Shown: positions 1 through 11,019, counted from the first letter of the stretch. The stretch is DNA of 64,000 nt from an uncultured Methanoregulaceae archaeon (GCA_963705255.1 OY970061.1:960001-1024000), one strand, 5' to 3'. Translations and numbers: made by a program. The notes: a model not told the origin generated them from the sequence alone.

Positions 1-285
1 GTACAGAAAGAGATTGCCTGTCTTATTACCGTAGATGATATCCGCAGCCTTAGTCTTTCAGAACTGGAGGAGGTAGTAATTATTCCCGGCCGGGCGTTTG
101 TCCACGATGCGGAAGTACAGAAAGTGCTCAGCCGGGACGGTACCGACCGTCTTGTAATTCGGGGGCCGGATATGCTGACTGCAGATGCAGAGACCAGCAT
201 GGGAATGACCCGGGACCGGGTACTTATGATAGAAATGGAAGGTTTTTCTGAGTTGATCCAGACCATCAACAGGTACGGAACATAA
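1..285 (+). CDS. mmp10: C-terminal end of methanogenesis marker 10 radical SAM protein (MCR arginine methyltransferase), 5'-partial
   Basis: Frame 1 reads VQKEIACLITVDDI...VIIPGRAFVHD...RGPDMLTADAETSMGM...INRYGT, then TAA at 283-285. This matches the Mmp10 C-terminus as I recall it. Not in the ORF track. Confidence 0.8.
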   Translation, partial: VQKEIACLITVDDIRSLSLSELEEVVIIPGRAFVHDAEVQKVLSRDGTDRLVIRGPDMLTADAETSMGMTRDRVLMIEMEGFSELIQTINRYGT

Positions 286-535
286 GGCTCTTCAAAAAAT
301 TATAATAATGAGGCCGTGATGTCGATCACGCCCGACTGGGCGATCACGGCAACCGCGATAATGACGCCGGCCATCTCGAGGTTATACAAGTCCGGTTTTT
401 GCGCTTTTTCCCGAGCCGACGGGCAGTAACAGGGTACTCCCGGAAAAAATCCCGGACAGAAACCGGCAGAACTATCTTCAAGTAAAAGAATGGCCTCAGG
501 AAACTTCGTTCCGGCTCCGAAAAATCCCGGAAAAA

Positions 536-647
536 TGCTGCGGGAGGGTTACGATCCCCCGATCTCCAGATGCCCCAAAGTGTGAACGCGAGGATGAGTT
601 CAACAACCCTATGAGTCTGGCGCCCTAACCAGCTAGGCCACCGCAGC
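536..647 (-). tRNA. tRNA-Met(CAT), elongator-type, with a 38-nt intron at 37/38 (intron 572-609)
   Basis: Reverse complement GCTGCGG TGGCCTAGCTGGTTAGGGC G CCAGA CT CAT A [intron] A TCTGG AGATC GGGGG ATCGTAA CCCTC CCGCAGC A forms a complete cloverleaf. Confidence 0.92.
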
Positions 648-714
648 ACAAAAGTGCACAATAAAAAGGCCGTAAAAATTATTAAAGGTATTCATGAGTC
701 GTCGGGATAAACAC

Positions 715-2190
715 TCATTCCTTCTTCTGCTGTAGGTACATGTTGACAGCTGCTGTGATCGCGGCCACCTTCTTGCCCTGCTCGAAAGAGCCGGCAAGAG
801 TCTGCATCCGGGTCTCTTCGTCCCGTTTATAGCGTTCGAGAGTACTCAGGATGTGCTCTTCCTGCAGGAAGTGCGTGTGCGTGTTCCCTTCAACAAACTG
901 CTGGTTGTTCATGATCGCATAGTGGAGGGGGAGTGTGGTTCTTATGCCGAGAATAATATATTCGGATATGGCCCGTCGCATCCGCATTATCGCCTCGGCC
1001 CTGGTACTGTCCCAGGCACAGAGTTTTGCGATCATCGAATCATAATTGGGCGGGATCGTATAACCCATGTGGATGCCGCTGTCAACGCGAATGCCCGGAC
1101 CGCCAGGAGATCGGTACCGGATAATTTTCCCCGGGTCGGCAGCAAAGTTGTTGAGCGGGTCTTCTGCATTTATCCGGCACTCAATCGCATGGCCGCGGAT
1201 CGAAAGGTTCGCCTGTTCAAACGGCAACTGTTCCCCGGCAGCGATGGCGATCTGCTGTTTGACCAGGTCGATTCCGGTAATTATCTCGGTAATGGTGTGT
1301 TCGACCTGGAGGCGGGTGTTCATCTCCATGAAATAATATTCTCCCTTGCTGTACAGGAACTCCACGGAACCAGCGTTGGTGTAGTCCGATGCCTCCGCTA
1401 CCTTGAGTGCGGACAACGACATCCGTTCACGCAGTTCCGGACTCATGATTGGGGACGGTGCCTCTTCGATGAGTTTCTGATGCCGGCGCTGGATCGAACA
1501 TTCCCGGTCGTAAAGGTGGACGGCATTGCCGTGTTCGTCGGCAAGCACCTGGAATTCGATATGGCGGGGCTTGACAAGGTATTTTTCGATGAATACCGTT
1601 GCATCGCCAAAAGCTGACTTGGCGATGCGCATGCCGGCCGTGATCGCATCTTCAAGGGCTTTTTCATCATGGACGATCTGCATCCCGATACCGCCCCCGC
1701 CGGCGCTGGCCTTGACTATAACCGGGTAGCCGATCTGGAGTGCAACCTTTTTTGCATCATCGATATTGTTTATGCCACCTTCTGTACCGGGCAGAACAGG
1801 GACACCTGCATCCCTCATCATCTGTTTGCTTCCGATCTTTGATCCCATCGCCTTGATCGTTTTCCAGCGGGGCCCGATGAAGATCACGTTCTCGTCAAGG
1901 CACAGTTTGGCAAACCGGTAATTTTCTGCCAGGAACCCGTAACCCGGGTGCACGGCCTCGGCACCGCTTTTCTTGGCGATATCAATGATTCTCTCCATGT
2001 TAAGGTAACTCTTGGAAGGATGGGCATCACCGACATGAAACGCCTCATCAGCATACTTGACGTGGAGGGCATTTTTGTCGGCAGTAGAGTAAATTGCCAC
2101 CGTTTCAATGCCAAGCTCCCGGCACGCGCGCATGACCCGGATGGCAATTTCACCGCGGTTGGCGATCAGCAGTTTTTCAAAATATTTCAT
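715..2190 (-). CDS. pycA: Pyruvate carboxylase subunit A (biotin carboxylase)
   Basis: Motifs LIANRGEIA, HPGYGFLAEN, GGGGIGM, EMNTRLQVEH; overlaps the pycB stop. Confidence 0.95.
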   Translation of the reverse strand: MKYFEKLLIANRGEIAIRVMRACRELGIETVAIYSTADKNALHVKYADEAFHVGDAHPSKSYLNMERIIDIAKKSGAEAVHPGYGFLAENYRFAKLCLDENVIFIGPRWKTIKAMGSKIGSKQMMRDAGVPVLPGTEGGINNIDDAKKVALQIGYPVIVKASAGGGGIGMQIVHDEKALEDAITAGMRIAKSAFGDATVFIEKYLVKPRHIEFQVLADEHGNAVHLYDRECSIQRRHQKLIEEAPSPIMSPELRERMSLSALKVAEASDYTNAGSVEFLYSKGEYYFMEMNTRLQVEHTITEIITGIDLVKQQIAIAAGEQLPFEQANLSIRGHAIECRINAEDPLNNFAADPGKIIRYRSPGGPGIRVDSGIHMGYTIPPNYDSMIAKLCAWDSTRAEAIMRMRRAISEYIILGIRTTLPLHYAIMNNQQFVEGNTHTHFLQEEHILSTLERYKRDEETRMQTLAGSFEQGKKVAAITAAVNMYLQQKKE

Positions 2191-3925
2191 TGAACCACCA
2201 GCAGGACATCGCCGTTCTGGACGACATCGCCGGTATCGACAAAGATCTCGGTGACCTTTCCATTGACCGGGCTGTGTATCGGATTCTCCATCTTCATCGC
2301 TTCAAGGACAACGAGGGTATCGCCTTTCTTCACAACGGTCCCCCGGCTGACGAGGACCTGAAGTACCATACCCTGGATATTGCTCTTGACGCCCCCTGCA
2401 AATTCACCCCTCGGGATCTTCTGGGGTGTGACGCCGGTCACTTCAATTTTGCTCCCGCCGACGGAGACGATCCGGACGGAAAAGACCTCGCCATCAACTT
2501 CTACTTCCATCTGGCTCGGGACCTCTGCAGAAGGTTTTGATGAGGTCTGGTTTTTTGGGATCTCTTCGAGGGATCGCTCACCCTTGAGGAACGAGGGTGC
2601 AATCGCCGGGTAAAGGATATAGGTGAGGATGTCCTCTTCTTTCCTGACAAGACCCGCGCTTATCGCTTCCTCTTTCATCTTCTCGTACGCAGGTTCAAGG
2701 AGGTCTGCGGGACGGACTGTGATCACCTCTTCGTCGCCTATGATCATGGTGCGGATCTCATCGGTGACCGGTGCGGGAGATTTTCCATACAATCCCCTCA
2801 TGTAGTCTTTGACTTCTTTTGTCACATTCCGGTACCGTTCCCCGTTCACCAGCACATTGAGTACTGCCTGCGTCCCGACAATCTGGCTGGTCGGGGTAAC
2901 AAGCGGGGGATAACCTAGGTCCTTTCGCACGCGGGGAATCTCCTCGAGAACCTCGTCCCAACGGTTCAGTGCGTCCTGTTCCTGGAGCTGAGAGACAATG
3001 TTGGAGATCATTCCCCCCGGCAGCTGGTAAATGAGTACATCGCTGTCGACCCGTTCCGAGATCGGATTGAGCAGCCCTGCATATTTCGACCGTATCTGCA
3101 GGCAGGCATTGCGGACCGCCCTGAGTTTGATAAGATCAATTCCCGTCTCGCGGGGTGTGCCGATCAGGGACGCGACGACGCTCTCGGTGGGTGGCTGTGA
3201 AGTCCCCATGGAAAACGGCGACATTGCGGTGTCGAGGATATCGACACCTGCCTCAATTGCTGCCTGGTAACTCATGGGTGCGATCCCGCTCGTGGAATGG
3301 CTGTGCAGGCAGACTTTGACATCCACCGCTTTCTTGATCCCCGCAATCAGCTCCTGTGCTGCGCACGGCATAATGAGTCCAGCCATGTCCTTGACACAGA
3401 TGGAATCGCAATCGAGTGCATAGAGATCTTTTGCCATCTCAATAAAAGTCTGGGTATCATGGACCGGGCTGGTCGTATAGGATATCGTGCTCTGGAGGTG
3501 GGCCCCCGCTTTTTTCACCTGGTCCATCGACCGTGTCATGTTCCTGATGTCATTCAGGGCATCGAATACGCGGAAAATATCGACGCCGTTTTTATAGGAT
3601 GCATCGATGAATTTGTCGACAACGTCATCCGGGTAATGACGGTACCCGACAAGGTTCTGGCCCCTGAGCAGCATCTGGATGGGCGTGTGCCGGAGTCGGC
3701 CTTGAGTGCCCGGAGACGGTCCCACGGGTCATCATTTAAAAACCGGATGCAGGTGTCGAACGTAGCACCGCCCCATGCTTCGACCGAGAAGAACCCGCAA
3801 TGATCGATCTCACGTGCCAGAGGAAGCATATCCTCTGTCCGGAGCCGTGTCGCGATCAGCGACTGATGCGCATCGCGCAGGGTCGTGTCAGTGATCAGGA
3901 CTTTTTGAGGAGATGCGGTGCGCAT
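2187..3925 (-). CDS. pycB: Pyruvate carboxylase subunit B (carboxyltransferase + biotin carrier), split by a frameshift near 3695
   Basis: [11 protein letters not shown] and WGGATFD in ORF 3554..3958; [17 protein letters not shown] and biotinyl EAMKM in ORF 2187..3725. Confidence 0.93.
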
Positions 3926-3976
3926 AACGTGAAACCTCAGGCGGGACTCAAAAATCATTTGTAGCCTCTCAAAAAT

Positions 3977-4630
3977 TCATCGGTATAGTATAAAAAATTC
4001 ACTAACGGGAAGGAAGGTAATGATGAAAATACCGGCAGCGGCAAGAGACCCAATGATGTCCGTTCCCGTTGTCCTGAATTCGGGGCACAGAGTTCCGCCG
4101 TTATGGTACCCTCTTACGGCAAGAATGTCGGCGGCAGCGTCAGCACGGGAAAGTGCGCCATGAACGAGAATGAGCCCTGTCGGGACAATACTCCCCACCC
4201 CCCAGAAAATACCCTTGAGCTTTTCGGATATCCTGATCCGGTCGAAATCCGCAACAAGTAAATTCAGTGACTGCATCCCCATTTCGGCGAGCAGGCCAAG
4301 TTCGAACCCTGCCCTGTCACCGAACATCCAGACCGCGAGCTCAAGGAATTCTTTGCTCTGCTGCTCCTGATACACCCACATCCCGATAAGGACGATCACC
4401 AGCATACGGAAAAAATAGGATAGCCCGCCACCGCCGGTTAATTCAACAATAGCGCTGAAAAATGCCATCAGAACGATCAGGGGGACCATGAGCCAGAATT
4501 GTTTTAGAATCTGAAGACGCTTGGTAAATACCAGCCACCAGATAAAAACCAGAAATGCTCCGGTAATACTGAGAAATGCTGCGAGGGAGAGAACGATCGC
4601 AGCGCCTATCCGCAGCCTTACGTCCTGCAT
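3977..4630 (-). CDS. ECF transporter transmembrane (EcfT/BioN-like) component
   Basis: Multi-TM protein with C-terminal AVRGY motif, co-oriented with bioY and two ABC ATPases. Confidence 0.7.
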   Translation of the reverse strand: MQDVRLRIGAAIVLSLAAFLSITGAFLVFIWWLVFTKRLQILKQFWLMVPLIVLMAFFSAIVELTGGGGLSYFFRMLVIVLIGMWVYQEQQSKEFLELAVWMFGDRAGFELGLLAEMGMQSLNLLVADFDRIRISEKLKGIFWGVGSIVPTGLILVHGALSRADAAADILAVRGYHNGGTLCPEFRTTGTDIIGSLAAAGIFIITFLPVSEFFILYR

Positions 4631-5310
4631 GCCGCCTCCAGCAGATCTTCCGGCGAGATATTGTACGGAGTCCTTCCTGCAGCCATGAGGTTTTTGATAA
4701 TCCCCGGGGCATGCTGCCATGCACCGAGTGCTTCCGGCATTCCTCCAAGATACCGGAGCTCACAGTTTTGGATCTCCCAGAGATGATCGACCCGGGGAAA
4801 CAGGGTCTGCTCATGCGTGATAATTATGGTAATTCCCTTTTTCCGGAGGGACAGGTCATGGCATACCCGTTCTTTTTCCTGAACATCCAGCGAACTGAAC
4901 GGTTCATCGAGTATCAAAAGATCATACTGTCCGCCTAGCACACATGCCAGGTTGAGGCGCTTCAGTTCGCCCCGGCTCAGCTTCAGGGGATTGAGCTCTT
5001 TTTTCCCGTACAGTTTTACTGATGAAAGCACCGTGAAAGGATCAAGCCCCCATGATGTGCACTCCTCTTCAAGAGTCAGGCCGGTGATATGGGATTCCGG
5101 AAACTGGAAGGAGACCATTACCGACGTGACCCCTTCCATGTCAATAGAGCCGGAGAAGGAACTGAAAAGTCCGGATAACAGCAGCGCCAGCGTGGACTTC
5201 CCGCTCCCGATATTCCCGCTGATCAAGTGGACTCCTTCACTGAAAGTTCCGCGTGCTGAAAGTGACCACTCCCCGCGGATAGCACGCACCGAATCCATAG
5301 TAATCTTCAT
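4618..5310 (-). CDS. ECF/ABC transporter ATPase
   Basis: Walker A GNIGSGKS, signature LSRGELKR, Walker B LLILDEP. Confidence 0.88.
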   Translation of the reverse strand: MKITMDSVRAIRGEWSLSARGTFSEGVHLISGNIGSGKSTLALLLSGLFSSFSGSIDMEGVTSVMVSFQFPESHITGLTLEEECTSWGLDPFTVLSSVKLYGKKELNPLKLSRGELKRLNLACVLGGQYDLLILDEPFSSLDVQEKERVCHDLSLRKKGITIIITHEQTLFPRVDHLWEIQNCELRYLGGMPEALGAWQHAPGIIKNLMAAGRTPYNISPEDLLEAACRT

Positions 5311-5977
5311 CGTGAGCACTTCCATGACAATGGATAATACGGTGTGCCGGCAAGCGAAGCAAAGACGGATTCCGGTGTGCCGGCAAAACAGACACTTCCG
5401 TTTTCCAGATACACGAGATGATCTCCGCAGGATGCCCTTTCCATGTCCTGCGTGCAGCAGATGATGTAAGGAACATCGCTCTTCCTGATCACGAGGTCGG
5501 CAGAACCTGCCAGGTCAGCATCCAGGTGGGAATCGCATTCGTCAAGAATAAGGACCAGTGGGTGATGAACGAGTGCTGTCGCAAGGGCAACGAGCACTTT
5601 TTCCCCCCGGAAAGTCCGCGTATCTGTCGCTTTGAGAGATGAGTGATGCCCAGCGTTTCCATACAAAGACTGACCTGACTATCAATCTCTTTGCATTTCG
5701 TATGGCGGAATCTGAGCGGGGAAGCGATCTCATCCTCCACGGTCTCAAACAGGATGTTCCGGTCAGGAAATTCATTGATCCATCCGGTATCGATCTCCCG
5801 GGGGGGAGCACCATCAATCAGCACGCTCCCGGATTCGGGCAGAACGATACCGGCAAGAATCTTGAGGAGCGTTGTCTTTCCGCTGCCATTCGGGCCGATG
5901 ATCGATGTCATTCCCGGCCCGATAGCAAGCGAGCTGATCCCGACTACACCGAACCGGAGGTTTGCAATCGTGATCAT
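5307..5977 (-). CDS. ECF/ABC transporter ATPase, frameshifted near 5600
   Basis: GPNGSGKT and LSGG in ORF 5489..5977; VLILDE in ORF 5307..5666; junction at a T4/C6 run. Confidence 0.85.
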
Positions 5978-6483
5978 GGAAGATTTTTCGCAATTGTGTA
6001 GGCAACCGATGCCTTGAGAGCATCACCGGGAACGAAGGGAAGTGCTCCCACAATCACTGAAGGGAGGAAAGCCCTTCCGAGGGAAATCATAAGCCAAGCC
6101 ACCCCGCAGGCATAGATAATCACGGTTGCGGCTACGATCCCGGTAATACGAATATAAGCGGACTCATGTTCATAGGCAAGACCCACTGCAAGGGCAGCAA
6201 AGATGAACCCGATCAGGTATCCCCCGGTCGGCCCGAGAAGCACTCCAAAACCTGTTATGCCATTATGAAATATCGGGAGACCGAGAGCACCGAGGATCAG
6301 ATAGAGTGATACCGGAATTAACGCATACTTCCGCATCACTGCACCCGCAAGAATGATAAACAGGGTCTGGAGGGTGAACGGGACCGGGAAAAACGGGATG
6401 GAAACCCAGCTTCCCAGTGCGATGAGGGCGATAAACGCGGCTGAATGACTGATGACCCGTGACCTGTTCAAGTCTCCAAACAT
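5974..6483 (-). CDS. bioY: Biotin transporter S component BioY
   Basis: PVPFTLQT, GLPIF and GPTGGYLIGF motifs. Confidence 0.93.
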   Translation of the reverse strand: MFGDLNRSRVISHSAAFIALIALGSWVSIPFFPVPFTLQTLFIILAGAVMRKYALIPVSLYLILGALGLPIFHNGITGFGVLLGPTGGYLIGFIFAALAVGLAYEHESAYIRITGIVAATVIIYACGVAWLMISLGRAFLPSVIVGALPFVPGDALKASVAYTIAKNLP

Positions 6484-6515
6484 CGTCAACCCAAAAGAAT
6501 TATGCGGTTGACGAT
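6482..6515. promoter_or_regulatory. BirA operator upstream of and overlapping the bioY start
   Basis: Perfect inverted repeat ATCGTCAACC-N14-GGTTGACGAT resembling the BirA box (TGTtAACC-N14/15-GGTTaACA), between birA and bioY. Confidence 0.85.
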
Positions 6516-6528
6516 AAAAAAGTAATGA

Positions 6529-7518
6529 TTACTGGTGAGAACAGTCGCCGGCGATGACCCGTTCGAGTTTCCCGTTGTCTTTTCGTATGATGAGTGCACC
6601 GAATTCATCGATGTCAACCGCATCACCTTCGAAACTGTTCTTGAGGGTACGGATCTGGACCCGGTTTTCGAGAGTACAGGACATGCTCTTCCATTCCTGG
6701 ATAATTGCATCGTATTCCCCGCTTTCGATGAGGAGATAACGACTTTCAAATTCTTTGAGAATACGGGCAAGGAACGAGGCACGGTCAACCTCATGCCCGA
6801 CCTCAGCACTGATAGTGGTAATGCTGTTCTGGAGGGACGGCGAAAAATTGTTCAGGTGCACATTCACGTCAATACCGATTCCAAGGAGGCAATGATGGAC
6901 CGTATCGGCCTCTGCAGAAAGCTCTAGGAGCAGCCCGGCAACTTTCTTGCTACCGATAAAAATATCATTCGGCCATTTGATCAGGGCGCCAAGATCGAAC
7001 TCCTTACGGATTGCCCGGGCAACGGCAATTGAACCTGCCATCGTTATCATGAAGACATGATCGATAGGCACATGGGGTTTGAGCACAATCGTTATCCAGA
7101 TCCCACCACTTGGGGAGACCCACGCCCTTCCCATTCTGCCGATACCGCCGGTCTGCTCTTCAGCGATGATCACCATGCCATGCATCTTCTCGACATCACC
7201 TTCCGAGCAGAGCTGCTTGCCTATCCAGATCGTGGAGGGGGTATTCTCGAGATACCGCATTTTTTTGCCGATAAATTTGGTCTGGAGACTTTTATGGATC
7301 TCGTACGGAAGCAGCTTGGCACTTGTACAGGTGAGCCGGTACCCTTCTTTCTGTGAGGAAGAGATATCATAGCCCATCATGCGGAGCTCATTGATGTGCT
7401 TCCATACCGCTGACCTTGTAATCCCGAGTTCGTTGCTGATAACCTCCCCGGATATCGAGGTTGTTGAACGTTCAAGGATTTCGAGCACTTTAAACGCAGA
7501 ATCTGGCAAGGATATCAC
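6529..7518 (-). CDS. birA: Bifunctional biotin ligase/repressor BirA (N-terminal HTH)
   Basis: ISGEVISNELGITRSAVWKHI HTH; QTGGIGRMGRAW; KWPND; KKVAGLL. Start codon uncertain (GTG 7518 or TTG 7509). Confidence 0.93.
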   Translation of the reverse strand: MISLPDSAFKVLEILERSTTSISGEVISNELGITRSAVWKHINELRMMGYDISSSQKEGYRLTCTSAKLLPYEIHKSLQTKFIGKKMRYLENTPSTIWIGKQLCSEGDVEKMHGMVIIAEEQTGGIGRMGRAWVSPSGGIWITIVLKPHVPIDHVFMITMAGSIAVARAIRKEFDLGALIKWPNDIFIGSKKVAGLLLELSAEADTVHHCLLGIGIDVNVHLNNFSPSLQNSITTISAEVGHEVDRASFLARILKEFESRYLLIESGEYDAIIQEWKSMSCTLENRVQIRTLKNSFEGDAVDIDEFGALIIRKDNGKLERVIAGDCSHQ

Positions 7519-7937
7519 CGCTTGGACTCGATAAGTTCCGATGGAAGAGGGCAGGGATCTTTCCCGCATACCTGTTTGAGTATCGCAGACTGGTGTTCCA
7601 TAAGCGTGGCGAGATCAAATATTCCAGTTATATCAACCACACCGATTGCACCAATCGCTTTCCCCTCATGGTCCCTGATTGGCGCGACCGCAACCGGTAC
7701 CCCCTTGTATGCACCTGATGAAGGGGTGATTTTTATCAGCTGGTTTTTGGAGATCGCTTCAATGAGGACAGGGCCGTTGTAATGGCGGTCGATGACTCTC
7801 CCGTCCTCAACCCGGATCCCGTCCCTTTCGAGAGATTTTGCCGTGACCGGGAGCCGGTGGATCAGCTCATGGAGTGCGAGGACAATCGGTTCAAGGTCGG
7901 CGGCCTCTGCGCTGCAGGACAATGTATAGCGGTGCAT
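7515..7937 (-). CDS. DUF2111-like methanogen protein
   Basis: LPVTAKS, GVRVEDG-like segment, GAYKGVPV and AIGVVD motifs. Confidence 0.7.
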   Translation of the reverse strand: MHRYTLSCSAEAADLEPIVLALHELIHRLPVTAKSLERDGIRVEDGRVIDRHYNGPVLIEAISKNQLIKITPSSGAYKGVPVAVAPIRDHEGKAIGAIGVVDITGIFDLATLMEHQSAILKQVCGKDPCPLPSELIESKR

Positions 7938-8070
7938 AAAAATACCTCAATACTCTGGTCATTTTCTATCTAGAAGAAGGTTGCGCCGCTTGCTGACGCA
8001 GACGACCCAGAAATCAGGCAGGTAATAAATTCGGCTTTGTGGAAATCATCAGAAAATTCGGTTAACGCTC

Positions 8071-8160
8071 TTGGGGGAGACTGCTGTTCCTGAAGGGAAG
8101 AGCGGGCTGGAGAAGAACCGACGGGTTCTTCGACTTGAGAGAGGGGTCACCTCCTCCCAG
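8071..8160 (+). repeat. Short hairpin element, copy of a dispersed family (see 17055 and 62218)
   Basis: TGGGGGAGA...TTCC-tgaag-GGAA...GCTGGAGAAGAACC-gacg-GGTTCTTCGAC, with flanks shared with the reverse complement of 17141-17202. Confidence 0.55.
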
Positions 8161-8265
8161 TATCATCAAGCAGTTTGGAAAAAAATGAACAATGAACGGA
8201 TTTCTACAGTGCATAAAATTCGTTTGCAGGAATATCGCAGAATGAACCTGAATCAGGACTAAAAA

Positions 8266-8841
8266 TCAGAATGGTGTCCGGGTTCCCGCACAACAGAATT
8301 TTTTCAGGAAATTGCGGGAGGGAAATTCGTGCACGCTCGTAACTACCACGTTCCCTCTGCCCACCCGCTTTTCGACTATCACGTCCGAGCCGTCTGCGGT
8401 TCCTGCTGTATCTCCGTTATGCGACAGAAAGATCCCATCGCACTCGATGGATGAAGGATCGTAGTCTTCCACGAGGGATCCGGCCGCCGACCCGGGAGAG
8501 CAGACCACCTGTCTCGGATAGCAATCATGCCGGTAGGTAACAGAAAACGGGAGCCAGTCATAGATGTCCGGTTTATCGGTTGCAGCGCCAAAAACGAGGA
8601 GGTTGCCCCCGTTCTCCACGAAATGCCGTATCCTCGCCGATGCTGCCCTGAGGGCGGGGAGCAGATTGGAATATTGGGGATTTCCAAAACCCGTCGGGAT
8701 GATCAGGCAGTTGAATTCGCCCCGGTAGAACGGGGCGGCGAGCATGTGCGGCGTGACGAGTTCGCAGGAGATCCCGCACTCCTCGATGAACCGGTTGAAA
8801 TGTTGCGAGGTCCCCCAGACGAATCCGGCGCGACAACTCAT
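8266..8841 (-). CDS. Conserved hypothetical protein (class I glutamine amidotransferase-like fold)
   Basis: LIIPTGF and FVENGGNLLVFG segments; start overlaps the rtcB stop (ATGA). Confidence 0.65.
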   Translation of the reverse strand: MSCRAGFVWGTSQHFNRFIEECGISCELVTPHMLAAPFYRGEFNCLIIPTGFGNPQYSNLLPALRAASARIRHFVENGGNLLVFGAATDKPDIYDWLPFSVTYRHDCYPRQVVCSPGSAAGSLVEDYDPSSIECDGIFLSHNGDTAGTADGSDVIVEKRVGRGNVVVTSVHEFPSRNFLKKFCCAGTRTPF

Positions 8842-10272
8842 CCTTTTATCACTCCTACCGGAGAGAGGCGTGCTACCAGCTGGGAAATTCCCACTTCGTG
8901 CACGACATTTACCACTTCATCACTGGGCTTGTATACGCCGGGTGCTTCATCGGCGATGGCGTTTTCGCTGGGTGCCCGCACGATGATCCCCTCTTTTAAA
9001 AGATTTCCTGCAACTTCCCGGCCACTCAGTCTCTTTTTCAGCTTGGGAACGGCTCATCAACCTCCCCGCTCCATGGCAGGTGCTCCCGAATGTTTTTTCC
9101 ATGGCCCCGGCCGTTCCCTTCAGGATGAACGATGAGGTCCCCATACTGCCCGGGATGATGACCGGCTGGCCGATGGATAAAACGTCAGAAGGGAGGTCCG
9201 GTGACCCTGGTCCGAACGCACGGGTGGCCCCTTTTCGGTGTACGCAGACGTTCATCCGTCGACCATCGATCATATGCTCTTCAAACTTTGCCACGTTGTG
9301 CGCAACATCGTAGATGAGCGGCATATCCTCATAGGGTATGCTGAACATTTTTGACAGAACCTGCCGGACCGTGTGGGTTATCATCTGCCGGTTGGCCCAT
9401 GCATAGTTTGCGGATGCAGCCATGGCACCGAAATACGACTTTCCTTCCTTTGAGGTGATGGGTGCACAGGCCAGCTGACGGTCAGGGAGTGAGATGTGGT
9501 ATTTTTTCGTAGCACCTTCCAGTATTTTCAGGTGGTCCGTGCACACCTGATGGCCGAGGTCCCGTGAACCGCAGTGGATCATGCAGCAGACCTGGCCGGC
9601 TGTAATGCCGAATGCAGCAGCTGCTTCAGGATCATAAATTTCCCGCACAATCTGAATTTCAAGGAAATGGTTGCCTGAGCCAAGCGTTCCGCCCTGAGGA
9701 ATGCCTCTCTGCTTTGCTTTTGCAGATACTTCGGAACTGTCTGCGGCTTTCATGTACCCCTTTTCTTCGCAACGGATGAGATCATGGCTGACACCGTATC
9801 CTTCTTCGACAGCCCAGTGCGCACCCCGGGTCATCATCCCGTCCAGCGAGCGGGCTGTCACGCTGGTTTTGCTTTTTGCTCCGACTCCGGCCGGCACAGA
9901 CCGGAAGAGCTCATCAAAGAGGTCTTTTCTACCCCTGACGTCCGTCTGGGTCAGAGGTGTGGAAAGCAGTCGTACCCCGCAGTTAATATCAAAACCCACA
10001 CCTCCTGGAGAGATTACTCCCTCATCTAGAGAAAATGCGGCAACACCCCCGATAGGAAAACCATATCCCCAATGGATATCAGGCATGGCCAGGGAATATC
10101 TGACGATTCCCGGCATGGTGGCAACATTGGCGAGCTGCTGGACCGCTCCGGGTTCAAGAATCCTGCCCAGTGCCTCTGAAAGGAAAAATCTCCCCGGGAC
10201 ACGCATACCTGGGACAAATCCGATTGGGACTTCCCAGTCATTTGCACCGATCCGCTTTACACCGTCGATCAT
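8838..10272 (-). CDS. rtcB: RNA ligase RtcB (tRNA splicing ligase), frameshift near 9035
   Basis: MPDIHWGYGFPIG, GFDINCG, GTLGSGNHFLE, HRKGAT, IPGSMG, HGAGR; C-terminus DEAPGVYK...VIKG in another frame. Confidence 0.94.
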
Positions 10273-10297
10273 CTGCCTGCCCGCCTCACCGTTTCCT

Positions 10298-10705
10298 TTA
10301 TACATCAAATATGATATCCAGCATATATCCGTTCGTATCCCTGCTGATGGAAAGATCTGAATAGGATATCCCCTTCACTTCGGTTCCTTCCGAATGTCGG
10401 GCACGGTCAAAAAGCTCGCCGTGAAGAGCTGCAGTAAGCTTCAGGCCTTTGATAGTAATCTCAGCATGGGAAAATACCAGTCCTTCAACTTCTGATATGA
10501 AAAGGACTTCTGAAAGAAAGTCGGCGAGGAGCGATTCGATATCGGAGGACTCGATATGCACTTCCTTTACCAGATCCCCGCGACGATCCTTTCCGTAGAT
10601 CACCTGCATCAATGCGCCGAATATCTCGGAAAAAAGAGCATTGGGTGTGTCGGCCCGGACCCGGAACTTTACGTCTGCCGTATGAGGGATATCTTCAAGA
10701 CTCAT
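10298..10705 (-). CDS. Archease
   Basis: N-terminal HTADV, EVKGISY, C-terminal IFDV; adjacent to rtcB. Confidence 0.92.
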   Translation of the reverse strand: MSLEDIPHTADVKFRVRADTPNALFSEIFGALMQVIYGKDRRGDLVKEVHIESSDIESLLADFLSEVLFISEVEGLVFSHAEITIKGLKLTAALHGELFDRARHSEGTEVKGISYSDLSISRDTNGYMLDIIFDV

Positions 10706-11019
10706 CAGCGTTCGTACCTGACGATCTCATTATCATCGAAGAACGGGATCATCTCCAGGTGGATGGTATGGAGAAATCGTGCCTGATGGATGGATACATA
10801 AACCGTATGATCACCGGCTTTTAAGAGGAGATCGGTTTTTTTGGGAGGTTTCACTCTCGTTGGCAACAGAATCGGGCCGCCACATGAAGTACAGATGCGG
10901 AAATCGCAATCCCGACGGTTGATATATTCAATGACTTCCGGAACAATAGTGACTTCGCCTAGGCTGGCGCAGTCAGGAGAATTGGTACGCATGATGCTGG
11001 TAGTATTGGAACGCACCAC
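10705..11019 (-). CDS. Conserved hypothetical protein (HesB-like, CTSCGG motif)
   Basis: FRICTSCGGP motif; coupled to the archease gene; start uncertain. Confidence 0.6.
   Translation of the reverse strand: MVRSNTTSIMRTNSPDCASLGEVTIVPEVIEYINRRDCDFRICTSCGGPILLPTRVKPPKKTDLLLKAGDHTVYVSIHQARFLHTIHLEMIPFFDDNEIVRYER

Noticed and set aside
4580-4588. TGCGAGGGA match to the tRNA-Leu 3' end as an att site
   Set aside because: Only 9 bp, inside a core ECF gene 53 kb away; expected by chance
8838-10705. rtcB-archease pair near an intron-containing tRNA as a novel system
   Set aside because: Well-established archaeal tRNA-splicing gene pair
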